From positions 19,977,237 to 20,041,236 of the forward strand of contig NC_092672.1 of assembly GCF_964355755.1 (NCBI RefSeq): a stretch of DNA of 64,000 bases. Reading direction: 5' to 3'. Source of the DNA: Antedon mediterranea (Eukaryota; Animalia; Echinodermata). Shown here in pieces: positions 52,884 to 64,000 of this stretch (the first letter of the stretch is position 1; each line of letters opens with the position of its first letter). Both the position numbers and the translations under genes were made by a program. The notes beneath the pieces were generated by a model. The model did not search any database and was not told where the DNA came from. It saw only the letters and a program-made list of their open reading frames with translations.

Positions 52884-55800
52884 TCACCAAACATACCCGT
52901 AAGGAACTGTACGATAATTTTCGATAATAATTCTTTTGTCGTACACGATTCGATAGTCTTTAGTCGATGTTTCGTTGACTATCTTTCGTGTTTTTGGCTT
53001 GCGCGTTATGCGATTCTTCTCAACCGTCTTGATTGTATCGGGGCCAACACCCCTTACCATATTGGAGACGGTGTCAAAATTAATTTTCTGAGCGTTTGTA
53101 AAGTTAAGGGTAAAACCCTTAACTTTACAAACGGTCTTCCCCGTATCCAATTTATAGGCGTAGTTCTTAGGCCCCCCAGAAACAAAGGACTCGATGAATT
53201 TACCCTCTTTAGGATCGACCTCGGTCGTTAACTGACCCAAATAGTCGCCCAGGGGAGGGTCCCAATCCCCGGGTTTTGATACGAAGATTACGCTGTCGGT
53301 ATCATAATACAGGACGCGCTCCTGCAATTGTTCCAACAGCTCGTACAATTTTAAACGCGCTAACGCTGTGGTAAATGCGGCAATGACAACGTTAACCTTT
53401 CGGTTAACTTCTACAAATTGTTCCTCGTCCTCGTATTTTACCTCCGCCAAATTATCATTAACAAAATTTATGTCATGAACGGTTATCCCAGGGTTCGATA
53501 AAATATCGTAAACCTCGTTAGGATCTTGCGTATATTTAATTTTCGTGAGATTTTCACGCTGGCCAAATTTACCCCAAAAACTATTTAGCATTAATTTGGC
53601 CAGAGATCGAAGCCCAGGATTGTACGCAATGTCGTCATGATTCAAGTCGATACCTTCTACGGTTCGATAGTCCGAAATGTATTTTTGTTTATCTTCGGGC
53701 GTTTTACACCATTCAGGCCAGCCCGAAGCTTCTTGTTTCAATTTTAAAAAGGTGTTAATGTAAGAGGCAAATAGACCGGACGAGGGAGAATCTGCAGAGT
53801 AAGCGCTTTTATTTTTAAAGTGCCACACTACGTGAACTTTACGTATCTCGTACCCAACTTCCACGGCTTTAGCGACTTCGATCGTTGCCCAAGAACCCGT
53901 AAATTCTCTATCTGTACCGGAATGATTGCAAGCGGTTTGTTGTTGGGAATCGGCGCATGTTCTACAGAGAGCAAACATTAATTTACCGTTTGATCTATAA
54001 GGTAAGACCGGATGGAATAATTTTTTAGGCGCTTCGATTGTACACTTTATCAAGCCGAAATAATCGTTGATATCCGTGGACATGTCGTTGCGATCATTGA
54101 TTTCAGGATGCCCTACGGGGTAGGTACCGTATTTATTTACATAAGGGTACAAGGAGGTATAATCTATGTAATTAATTTCTTCACCCGGTTTTACCTTATA
54201 GAACAAACAACTGGCATTAGTCCTCCCACCGAAAAACGCGTCTCTTGGATTCAAAGTGTGCCTAATTAAAGGAACTTTGGAGACGATAGATTTAATGTTT
54301 GGGGCCAACGATTGTTTGATCCGGTTCCATTCGTGTCCCCAAATTTCGACGTATTCGAAATCTGGAAATTGTTCCTTCAGAAACCGTGTTTTCTTGCTTG
54401 TCTTGACAAAGCATTCCAACATGGTCTCGTTATTGAAGGGATTAATGGAATCGGGTCTATAACAATCTTGGCACCCGTGGAAAAAACAACCCATAAACTC
54501 GAAAATTATTTTGCTTTCTAAACATGCGCCGTCGACGGAGTAAGGCCCAAACATTTTTTCCCCTCCATTTCTGGCATGATGGATAAAGACCCCCCTTTTA
54601 TGCGACTCGTAGCACAGCCATTCCATGCTAGAGTGAGAATGGTTAACGGTTGTTAGATACCCTGATGGTGGAAATAGAGCGATGGTGGATGGTTTTAAAA
54701 AATTTCTAGAAAATACGTGGTTACACGCTGAGGCAATTGTCATTAAATTATTTGAAAAGGGGTCAACACCGCCGAGTAGAGGGTTTTTCGGCGATATAGT
54801 TACTTTCAAAAAAAGATGTCTAAAAGTAAGACAACACTTTCTGAGAATATCTACATCGCTGATACAATACTCGACGAGTTCTTTTTTAAGATCAAATACT
54901 TGATTACTATCAATTTTCTGGTTGTACCATTTAAAGAAAGATTCTCGGCCTGAAGTAGTCATTTTATCGGGGGAATAATTTGAAGAATCGGGGTAAGGAC
55001 CTACGTAATTTTGGTTTTCTAAAGAATTGAAATAATGAGGAAAGTAACCCTTTTTAAGTTCGGAGATGCCAAAAGTTTTGGGCAATTTGGATAGAGGCAT
55101 GGGCAGAAATGAAAGGGAATCGATGAATCGAATGCTCGTTTCTTTAGTCCTAATCGAAATAAGTTTACCACCGCGAGCAATTACATCCGGTACAATGGAG
55201 TTTTCGTACAGGTAGTTGAGCACGAAGTAGCTATCATAACCCTGGAAGTTGTGAGCGATACACGTAATATTCTCGTTAAATTTGTAATCTTTGAATACGT
55301 AATTGCAGAAATCTTCGCATGCAGACCCCCCGTGAAAAACCACTGTTTTATCCCCACACACGTCACAATCGGCGGAATCATTAGCGCCGTCGATACAATT
55401 AAGACAAGTTTTTTGAAGAACGCATAAATTTGGTTTGTGTTCGCCTGTATCTTGCGTGCATTCGAAATCAAAAAAGAAATATTTAGTGACAGCTCTGTTA
55501 CGGGCCTCCTGATTCTTAAACTTTTTTTCAGTATGCTTAGGGGCTACAACCGGTTCCATGTAGCATTGATGATCGTATGAAACGAAAGTCCTACAAATTC
55601 TACAAAAACGGTTTTGACAATTGTGATCTTTTTGAACGATCCTATTACAAATTGAACAATTTTTAATTTTGTCACATACTGAAACTTTTTTAGAATCAGG
55701 AGATTGTTTATGATTGGTGAAACATTGCCTATCCTTAAAAAATCTATTACATTCTTTACATTCTATTCTACTCTCTCTATTTTCAAAAGAATTAGAAGAG

Positions 55801-57587
55801 GGGCAGTCGTTGTGCTTGCACAGCACGCACGTAAATTGACAATTGTGTTGGTACTTGTGAATATACCCCTTATGGCATCTATCGCAAAAATAGTCAATTT
55901 TTAGAAAACCTGTCATTGTGGTTATGAGATCGTAATGATTAGAATGATGATAAAGATATATCTGCTTCTTTCTATAATCGCCGCTAAAAATGACAGAATT
56001 TAAATTGTCTTTTGAAATGACAATAATTTGATAATTTGGTAATTTTGATTGCATCTTTTTTATTTCCTCGATGCCGCATGTCTGCTCCCTAACCCCCGAA
56101 TCTCTAAGTAAATGAAGGGCGGCTATTTTTTGCTGACCCCTACCTTGCCTAATGTTATTCCATCTAGCCACGTTGTTAATTTTATCTTCGAGCATAGAAA
56201 TACCCGTAACAATAGCGCGTGCGCAGCAGATAGTTTCGTTATCATCATTCATAATCTTAATTATACATTTAGCATTTAACAATATGTCGATACCGTTTCT
56301 TCTATAGCCCCCACCCCTAGGCATTCTCATGTGAAGAACGTTAAATTTAAACTTGTTATTAATAAAAATATCCGTTTTGGACTGAAGGACCTTCATAATG
56401 GCTGCAAAAATAACGTCAGCCGTAAGATGGCCCCTCCGTCCAAAAGGGATAGAGATAGGTGAATCTAACCCCTCAGCCTGTATGACTATTCGAAGCATGT
56501 CGTCGACATGCACGTTAACGCAGAGATTATCGACGACATGCTCGAAAATTCGATACAGTGTGGGCAGAAACACCTCTAAACTTATATGATCAATATTAAA
56601 AAAATTTACTAAAAAATCGCTAATAGTCGCGTTAAAACGTTGATTATACCTATCAGCTACTTGAACGATTCTACAGAAGTGATTCAACTCTACCTCATCA
56701 AGGTTAAGATCCTCGTCTTCAACGGTATCAATATCGGCAAATTCTTCTTCTTCTTCTTCTCCGTCTTCGATTCTGAGCCTCTTTCTATTAACGCCCCTTC
56801 CGTATTGTATGGGTGCAGGCTGAAAACAAAAAGAGAAAAACGGTAAAGAAAAAGAAATAAAAGACGTTGTACAACAACAACAACAACAACAGCAGTAGTA
56901 AAGAAAATAAAACGATAGTTACCTCAATAATCGAAGACTCCGCTGAATCATTAATCTCGACGTTTCCTCTCAAACTCAAACATTTGGTGTGAGCACCAAC
57001 ACCGTACTATACAGAAAAAAAATAATTAGATAAATTAGAAAGGAAAACGTATATAAACCGTAAACGCAGAAACACTTTGTAAATGCCCCAATTACATAAA
57101 CTACTACTTTATGAGATATACACGGTAAACAAAAAAATTTTAAAAATAAATAAATAACTTAGAAAGAAACACAAAGAAGCCGTAAAACGCTGTAAACACA
57201 CGTTCGGTTACACACAATCTACTTTTTAAGAATTATACACGGTAAAATAAATATTACGTAAAAATAAAATAAACAAACACTTACTTCTACGTCATCAATA
57301 CGCAAATTAGCCGATAGCTCCTGCACTATCTCAATAGCGTTATTACAAATATCCGAAAGTGAGAGGCTATCGGCTTCGGAAAAACTCTGGCTAACATCTA
57401 AATCAAGATCCTGGTCATTAAATACGAAATCTTCTAGTAGGTCAACATCGGGGATAACATCGTCGGTATCGATATTTTCGATATTGTTTCGCGATAAACT
57501 AACGATAGCTTCTACTGCTCTCTGGCATTCGATAAACAAGCTATCGTTAGAATCGGAAGATGATGATGATGATTCGTAATGAGCCAT
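52884..57587 (-). CDS. pPolB: Protein-primed family B DNA polymerase, 3 exons (57587-57285, 57006-56923, 56819-52884), ~1440 aa
   Basis: Exo motifs FDFE, HNFQGYD and YCISD; Pol motifs DYTSLYP, KLMLNSFWGKFG, YYDTDS and GPKNY. Cys-rich Zn region and a Vsr-like insert (VDG...EFMGCFFHGC). The long ORF lacks an early ATG, and two upstream GT-AG phase-0 exons join in frame. Confidence 0.93.
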
Positions 57588-57656
57588 TGTAAAAAAATCA
57601 GTAATAAGTCTAGAATAATCAGTAAGCGTATGAAAAATTACCCACACTTACGCTGT

Positions 57657-57663
57657 TTTTATA
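57657..57663 (-). promoter_or_regulatory. TATA box candidate for pPolB
   Basis: TATAAAA on the minus strand ~70 bp upstream of ATG 57587. Confidence 0.4.
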
Positions 57664-57977
57664 CCATCCCATGACACTAATTAAATTTAATAATTTATGC
57701 AAACAAAGGTACTTGGAACTTCCTTTAGGAAATGTGTCCGCTATTAAGATTGGTCAAACAGCCCTTACATAATTAGGAAGATCCTCCCACAACAGTGACC
57801 ATTAGCATTTAGCCTTCGACCAAACGGAAAACATGGACACAGGAAACACCTTAATTAAAACAACAAAGGAAAAAATTGAGAGATGTAGTGAAAGGACAAA
57901 TCAAAAATACGCGCCAGAAAAATAATTTATTATACCTAAACGGGAAGCACTGAAAGCAATTAAAAGGAAACAACTGG

Positions 57978-58222
57978 TTGTTTAATCAAACGCTCCATTT
58001 TCAGCAAAAATTCTCTCTCCACCTCGTCTACGTACGTAAATATACAACTTGTAGGCCTTTTACTCCTCTCGACTCCTTCAACTATACCGGCGGGGATAAC
58101 CTCTTCGACCCCCCGTGTAACGATCATCTATCACTGCCTGGAACAACAGTCTCCTCATCATCGCTAATTATTATAACATTATCTGCACAACTCCCTTGCG
58201 AAAAATATATACTTTCAGACAT
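57978..58222 (-). pseudogene. Truncated, frameshifted copy of the 5' part of ORF 43289-43843
   Basis: ATG at 58222 reads MSESIYFSQGSCADNVIIISDDEETVVPGSDR* because of a 2-bp deletion. Homology ends at ~57978. Confidence 0.8.
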
Positions 58223-58715
58223 AATGAAATACTGTAAAGAGATACTCTACGCAAAAATAGACAAAACAACTGGAAAATAGTACAACAATAGCCGCTTCAC
58301 TTTGTTTCACCGTCTTAAATCGTAAATAAAGTAATGACGTCACTCACCACGTACCAGAACATCGCGCCGAAAAATAATAAATAAGAGACAAAGAAACACC
58401 TGGCGGAAATTACATATCTATTGCGAAACTACCAGGAAATACACCAAGGCCAGCTTTGGGCTGAAGTACCAGGAAATGAACGACCTTCATTAGAAACATC
58501 TGGTGGAAATTATATAACTATTACGTAACTACCAGGAAATACACCAAGGCCAACCTTGGGCTGAAGTACCAGGAAATGAACGACCTTCATTAGAAACATC
58601 TGGTGGAAATTATATAACTATTATGTAACTACCAGGAAATACACCAAGGCCAACTTTGGGCTGAAGTACCAGGAAATGAACGACCTTCATTAGAAACATC
58701 TGGTGGAAATTACAT

Positions 58716-58966
58716 TCGTCCTTTAAAGTTGCAGGCTCAAAAATATGGAACAATTTACCAGTTAATATTAAATCGGCCCCAACAGTTACGTCCTGTAAGG
58801 CTAGATACAAAGCTCATTCCTTTTCATAAAAAACTGACATGTATTATATTTAATTAAGTTTCTCTTTTTGTATATTTTGATTAAGACAGGACCACGATGT
58901 AAAACAGATACACTGTTATCTGATTGTTTTATCCTGTATAAATATATTATTTATTATTATTATTAT
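58716..58966 (+). mobile_element. Same LINE 3' fragment inside the right TIR
   Basis: Mirror of 42544-42794. I saw one substitution (58795). Confidence 0.85.
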
Positions 58967-59228
58967 TATTACGTAACCACCAGGAAATACACCAAGGTCA
59001 ACCTTGGGTTGAAGTACCAGGACATGAATGACCTTCATTAGAAACATCTGGTGGAAATTACATAACTATTGCGCAACCACCATGAAATACCCCAAGGTCA
59101 ACTTTGGGCTAAAGTACCTCTTTTACTACTGTCACTTATCATTCCAGCTTTTACTTTAATGGGTCCCACAAGGTTTCTCAGATTCAAGTCAGATTCAGCA
59201 GATAAATCATTCAAGTATTTGGGTATAA

Positions 59229-60307
59229 GGCCCTGTTCAGACCCATGGCGTTATACCGTTTTAGCGTACAACGTTACTATCAAGGTCACGTTACAAACCG
59301 CAGAGAAAAAAACGAGGTGTTCAGACCCATAGCGTACGATTATCGTTACAACGGAAGTACGTCATTCAGGTTGTTTCTAGTTGCATATTCATGTGCTCTT
59401 ACCCACGTGTTTTCATCATTATTTCCACTGTATATAGGCCTAGATCTCAGCCCTACAATTATGACAAAATTTGCCGTAAATAAAACATACCTCAGCATTT
59501 ATTTAAGAAAAATATAGTAAAGCCAAATTTCTGTTTCTATTGTTTTTATTTTGTTTGTAGTAAAAAACATTTTCCCCAGGCTCTTGTGTTACGAAAATAA
59601 AGCAGGCCTCGTAATGATGAAGAAAAAAATGATTGTGATTAGTCTATCCAGTCCAGTCAAAGATATATATTCTTTGGTCCAGTCGGTTGAAAATAACCCT
59701 TAACTTGCTAATAAAAGGGACAGCTCCCCTTGTTTGTTTACTGATTTTTTTAGGAGTTAGGGGGTTTTCAGCATTAAACTTGTCCAGTCTAGTCTGCCTT
59801 GTATGAATGAGTGACTTGATGTCCCAGGCTAGTTTTTAGCTTGAATGAAATGCGTGAATGGCTCTAGGCCTAGCTAGGCCTAAAAGCGGATGGGATCGTA
59901 GTCCCTATGTTTAAATACAAGGTGCATGTATTTATGTCATTTGTTAGAAAATATAATGGTAATCAGTTGATAGTAGTTTGTAGCCTTTGTAACAGTTGTA
60001 TTTGTAGTGTAGTTAGGCCTTATTTATTCTGGCCTTTTTGTTATTGAAATCCATCTCACACATTGACGATACAAAAGATGTCAGCCTAGGTCAAACCTTG
60101 TTTCGCGTCATAACAGGAAACGTTCTGATTGGATACAACGTTGACTTACAGTAGCGTCGTACGCTAAAACGGTACTATCAACCGTTTTCCACTACAACGC
60201 TACAACCGTTGTACGACGCGTTGTACGCTAATCCCCAACTGTTCAGACACACATTCTTTTAGCGTCGTACGCTAAAACGGTCTAACGCCATGGGTCTGAA
60301 CAGGGCC
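59229..60307. mobile_element. PIF/Harbinger-type MITE
   Basis: TIR GGCCCTGTTCAGACCCATGGCGTTA.ACCGTTTTAGCGTAC, with a 3-bp TAA TSD on both sides. Confidence 0.85.
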
Positions 60308-63300
60308 TAAGCATACCTGTTACCCTGTTACATACTAAAAGGAAAATAATATGTGTTACTAAAGTCACGTATCCATGGTGATTGTGATGACAGGCCCAGA
60401 CTCTATACTATACCTGATATTACTATACTATCTGAATTAAATATTCAGCCAGTGTGCAAAAACTTCTGGATACTATTTAAGTTGATTATCAATGAAGCAT
60501 TCCTATAATGCTAACACCTTTTTAATGTTTATATTATATAATGCTTTTTTTTATATACACATTATTATACATGGATAAAACATGCAATTGATTTAACATG
60601 TTAAATTGATTATTCTAATTACAATTTTTGTTGTAGTGTGTAGTATTGATAAAATTGTTAGATTTTTGGTAGGCATGTTATTATGCATAGAAATCTTTTG
60701 AATTGCAATAAATAAACACATGACCTTTGTGTACGACAATTAAAAAAAGCATTATAGTGAACAAAAACTATGATGCCAAGTTGGTGCTCTTGGCAGAAAT
60801 TTGTTTAAAGATTGTTGTATTTTCTTGAGAAATCAGTAGATCAGAAATATTTAAAAAACAATAAATAAAATGAAGTTGCAACAATTTGAATATCATTTAT
60901 TAGTAGGAATGTACAAAAGCCCTAAACTCATACTTACAGTGAGAGCTCACACATTTCATTTTACATACACATGCACTTGAAAATGAAAGTTACACAATGA
61001 TGACACATTATCTTCAAAACAAATGTAAATGTACTTTACATTAATTGTTTCTCCACTTAACTGTTTTCCTAGTCACATATTATCATTTATTATATGGGAC
61101 TGTTTTGTACTACAATTCTTTATGCTGTTATCAAAATGACTTTATACTATACTGCAATATTTACATTGATCTTCTGTTCTGGTAAAGTAGACCCTATCAT
61201 AGAGGCTTACACTATGTATATCAAGGTCTACTCGCCCTAATTTGGCCAAAATTTTCGGCCAACATTTTCGGCCGCTATAAATGTATTGGCCACGAAACAT
61301 TAATTACATTACTCAAAATTTGCGCCACCTTAATTCTGTAGTATTTGTCCATAGTATTTCAAGAACGAATTCTGCTCATTATAATATTTTTAATTCATTT
61401 CCACGTCTGTTCATAATTTGCCTCCAAATGTTAAAGATAGTCTAGTTTTTTCCCTTTCTTCATTTATATATTCACTTAAGAAAAACTTGCCTCAAATACC
61501 TGTCTGAACTCAATGAAATGTGAAATGTTATTTTAAACTGTTTTTCTGTATTTAAGTTTATTTAATTTTTACACTTTAGGGGTGTCATACTTGATTTCAT
61601 CGTTCACACCAACAGTGGATTGAATGTAATGTTTAAATATTATCTACTCAACAAAAATATATTCCATTTGTATAATGTATAGTAATAAATTAATAAACCT
61701 TACATTATGCTTTCTTTGCGAATCTAAATACCTTATAAAGTATGAATACACATGTGGTTGATAACCACAATAAAATAAAATATAGATAAATTGGCCAGAC
61801 ATGACATACATGTTCTTTTAATTCTAATTGGTACACATACTGGCCCACATCTTTCTGTTTCACTACACCATACTGGTCCTGCCAGTTGAATCTATTTCTA
61901 CAGAGCAATCTCACTATTTAAACAAATTCCGAAACTTATTTAAAAGGTGAGATTCTATGGTGTTTTCTGTCTGCAAATAACTTTCTGAATTCCAATAATT
62001 CAGACAACAATGAATAAAAATAAACAAGAAATAATTGTTACTGTAAAAAAAGACTTTCTGAGATAACAGTTTTAATTATTGTTCTTTCTTCATTAAATGA
62101 TATTTTCTAAATTGATATTCTATTTAATAATTTAAGAAATAAAGATTTATTATCAATTATTTTTGTTTAAAAATCAGTAGTAAACATTTTGTGTAACATA
62201 AATATAGTTTAAATTACTATAGACTATAGTACTATGCATATTCTTAGTGGCATTACTCCCTAAGGTTGGAGTGACCCACTCATACCCACAAACATTTCAG
62301 TGAACAAAAAATGTATAATTTTCCATGAGCCTTCGTTGTACAGCAGCAGCCGACAAACGTACACACTAATCAAACAATTGTCATCTATATACACCCCATT
62401 CGGCAAAAATATTTACCATAGAGAAAGGATTGTTTTGACCATTATTCAATGATATATATGATGGTAATTATACTTGGCCTCTATGTTGACAGCCAAAACA
62501 CAGTTATTGTTTATTGAACATAGGTCTTACAAACTAATGTCTGCATACTGTACATATCTCAAAGACCCTCTGTGGGCATGCCCAGTTTGAGTTTACAAAT
62601 TCCCATTTAGACTTTCTTACCAGACGTGCTTTGGGGTGTGCTCATGCCCAGTTTGTGTTTCTAAATACCCATTTTTTCAGCCTCAGTAATCTATTATAAG
62701 CTTCCGCATGGCTAATGCTTCCGTTCTCTTGAATGTAACTGCCTAAAGGACTGGTGCGAAAATTATTGTTTACTTTTGAAAATTAACTTTTTTATTTCTT
62801 TTATTTACTGAAGTATAAAAAATGTTGATGGGATAAGCAATGATTATGGAACATACAGCACTTTATTTGTTTATTGGTATACTCCTGGTGAGCATGGTCT
62901 ACTATGAAAGTTTTAGCCTCAGTGAATATTATTCACATCCTATACACAATATATTGAACTTTTTGTCTTCAATGTTCATCAAAATAATATATTAATATCA
63001 GATTATTTATTTTTGTTTTAAATTAGTTATATAGGATTTATATAATTTTTTATTAGATAATTGTTAGTTGCATTAAATTTGTTTGAAATGTCAGTATGTA
63101 TACATATGAATAAATAATGTTTATTATTTCTTTTATAATTACTGTATAAAGTCTTATTTCCAGTGATTGTTTTTGTTATATCCTTGAAATAAAAAGAATA
63201 TAACATTTTTTTTGGTGTAAATTTTAATCATTTTAATAAGTCAATTCAATAAATATAAAACACAAATAATAAAGATGTAATAAAATCTATTAAAATGTAT

Positions 63301-63319
63301 AAATTTTAATATTTTTTAC

Positions 63320-64000
63320 ATTGATATGATTTGTTTGGCATCAGCCAAACCTTCACCCCTCCTAACGGGGTTTTATTTCCACAATATTTAGGCCTCTGGA
63401 CCTTATATCTTACATACAAATCATACGATAATATTTTCTGGTTGGGTTACAAAATAATATTTTCTATTTTCGTAAGCTAAATAAACAAAATTTGCTAAAT
63501 CTTGGACTACTCTAGTGTTGCACATTAAAAAATAAAACTTATTTAAACAAGGGAACGTGTGATAAAAATTAGGAATATATAAGTTTCTGAGTTCGGAATA
63601 ATATGGACAGACTAACATAAAATGAAATTCGTCTTCAATAGAATTCATATTGCATAATTTAGATAAACGGTTTTGTAGTGGGATTTTGTTCCATCTTCCC
63701 TTTTCTATTTCCAAATCTAACACTCCTAAACGAAATTTTGTGAATATATTTTTACGTTTCCAATCTTTTAAGTGTAACAAATGATAACTTATTTCAATTT
63801 TCGTTTTAAAATACTTAAAATATTTTAGTTTTGAATGTAAAGAAAATTGTTCAGAATATTTTTGTTTTTCTAAATCAATCAGTCGTAATTTAAATTCTTT
63901 AATAAATAATTTCTTGTCTTCAATCATTTGATTGTACCAAACATAACCAAAGCCGGTTGAACAAAGTAAATGTTTTACCTGACTAGCCCAACAATATTCA
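63320..64000 (-). mobile_element. LINE (RTE-X-like) ORF2 3' end and 3' UTR, continuing beyond the window
   Basis: ORF 63421-63927: KFRLG...LEIEKGRW......R.(S)KLC....IEDEFHFMLVCPYY..LR, a C-terminal CCHC-type motif of non-LTR elements with one Cys lost. Confidence 0.85.

Larger units (their letters stand above)
42380..59130. mobile_element. Maverick/Polinton (adintovirus-type) endogenous dsDNA virus, apparently full length
   Basis: Termini AGTAGTAAAA...TTTTACTACT, 6-bp TSD GTCACT at 42374-42379 and 59131-59136, long TIRs, and open INT, penton, MCP, PRO, ATPase and pPolB frames. Confidence 0.98.
57978..59130 (-). repeat. Right terminal inverted repeat (~1.15 kb)
   Basis: Reverse complement of 42380-43538. 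Confidence 0.95.

Noticed and set aside
47902-56589. Antisense or nested short ORFs within MCP, PRO and pPolB
   Set aside because: They are shadow frames of well-supported genes.
61705-61914. Possible minus-strand exon
   Set aside because: No recognisable motif, and splice boundaries are ambiguous.

Overview
AT-rich, repeat-dense animal genomic DNA (a marine invertebrate is my inference; the abundant TAGGCCTA motif is echinoderm-like). The main feature is an apparently intact 16.75-kb Maverick/Polinton (adintovirus-type) endogenous dsDNA virus at 42380-59130. It has AGTAGT...ACTACT termini, a perfect 6-bp target-site duplication (GTCACT) and ~1.15-kb terminal inverted repeats (TIRs). It carries the full core gene set: integrase with chromodomain, penton, DJR major capsid, adenain protease, packaging ATPase, protein-primed PolB and basic core proteins. 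Several features are not visible in the ORF track: a spliced Bcl-2-like gene with a host-type intron, a three-exon pPolB of ~1440 aa, a tandem-PC4 putative SSB, a SIM/Zn protein whose 5' end lies inside the TIR, and a LINE 3' fragment copied into both TIRs. The host part contains four phase-0 exons of an ankyrin-repeat gene (26.9-31.6 kb), a ~5.6-kb direct duplication flanking a deleted PHD-FLYWCH MULE, 87/99/47/60-bp tandem arrays, a 5S-tRNA composite SINE, several MITEs and LINE remnants. All calls were made by eye without database searches.
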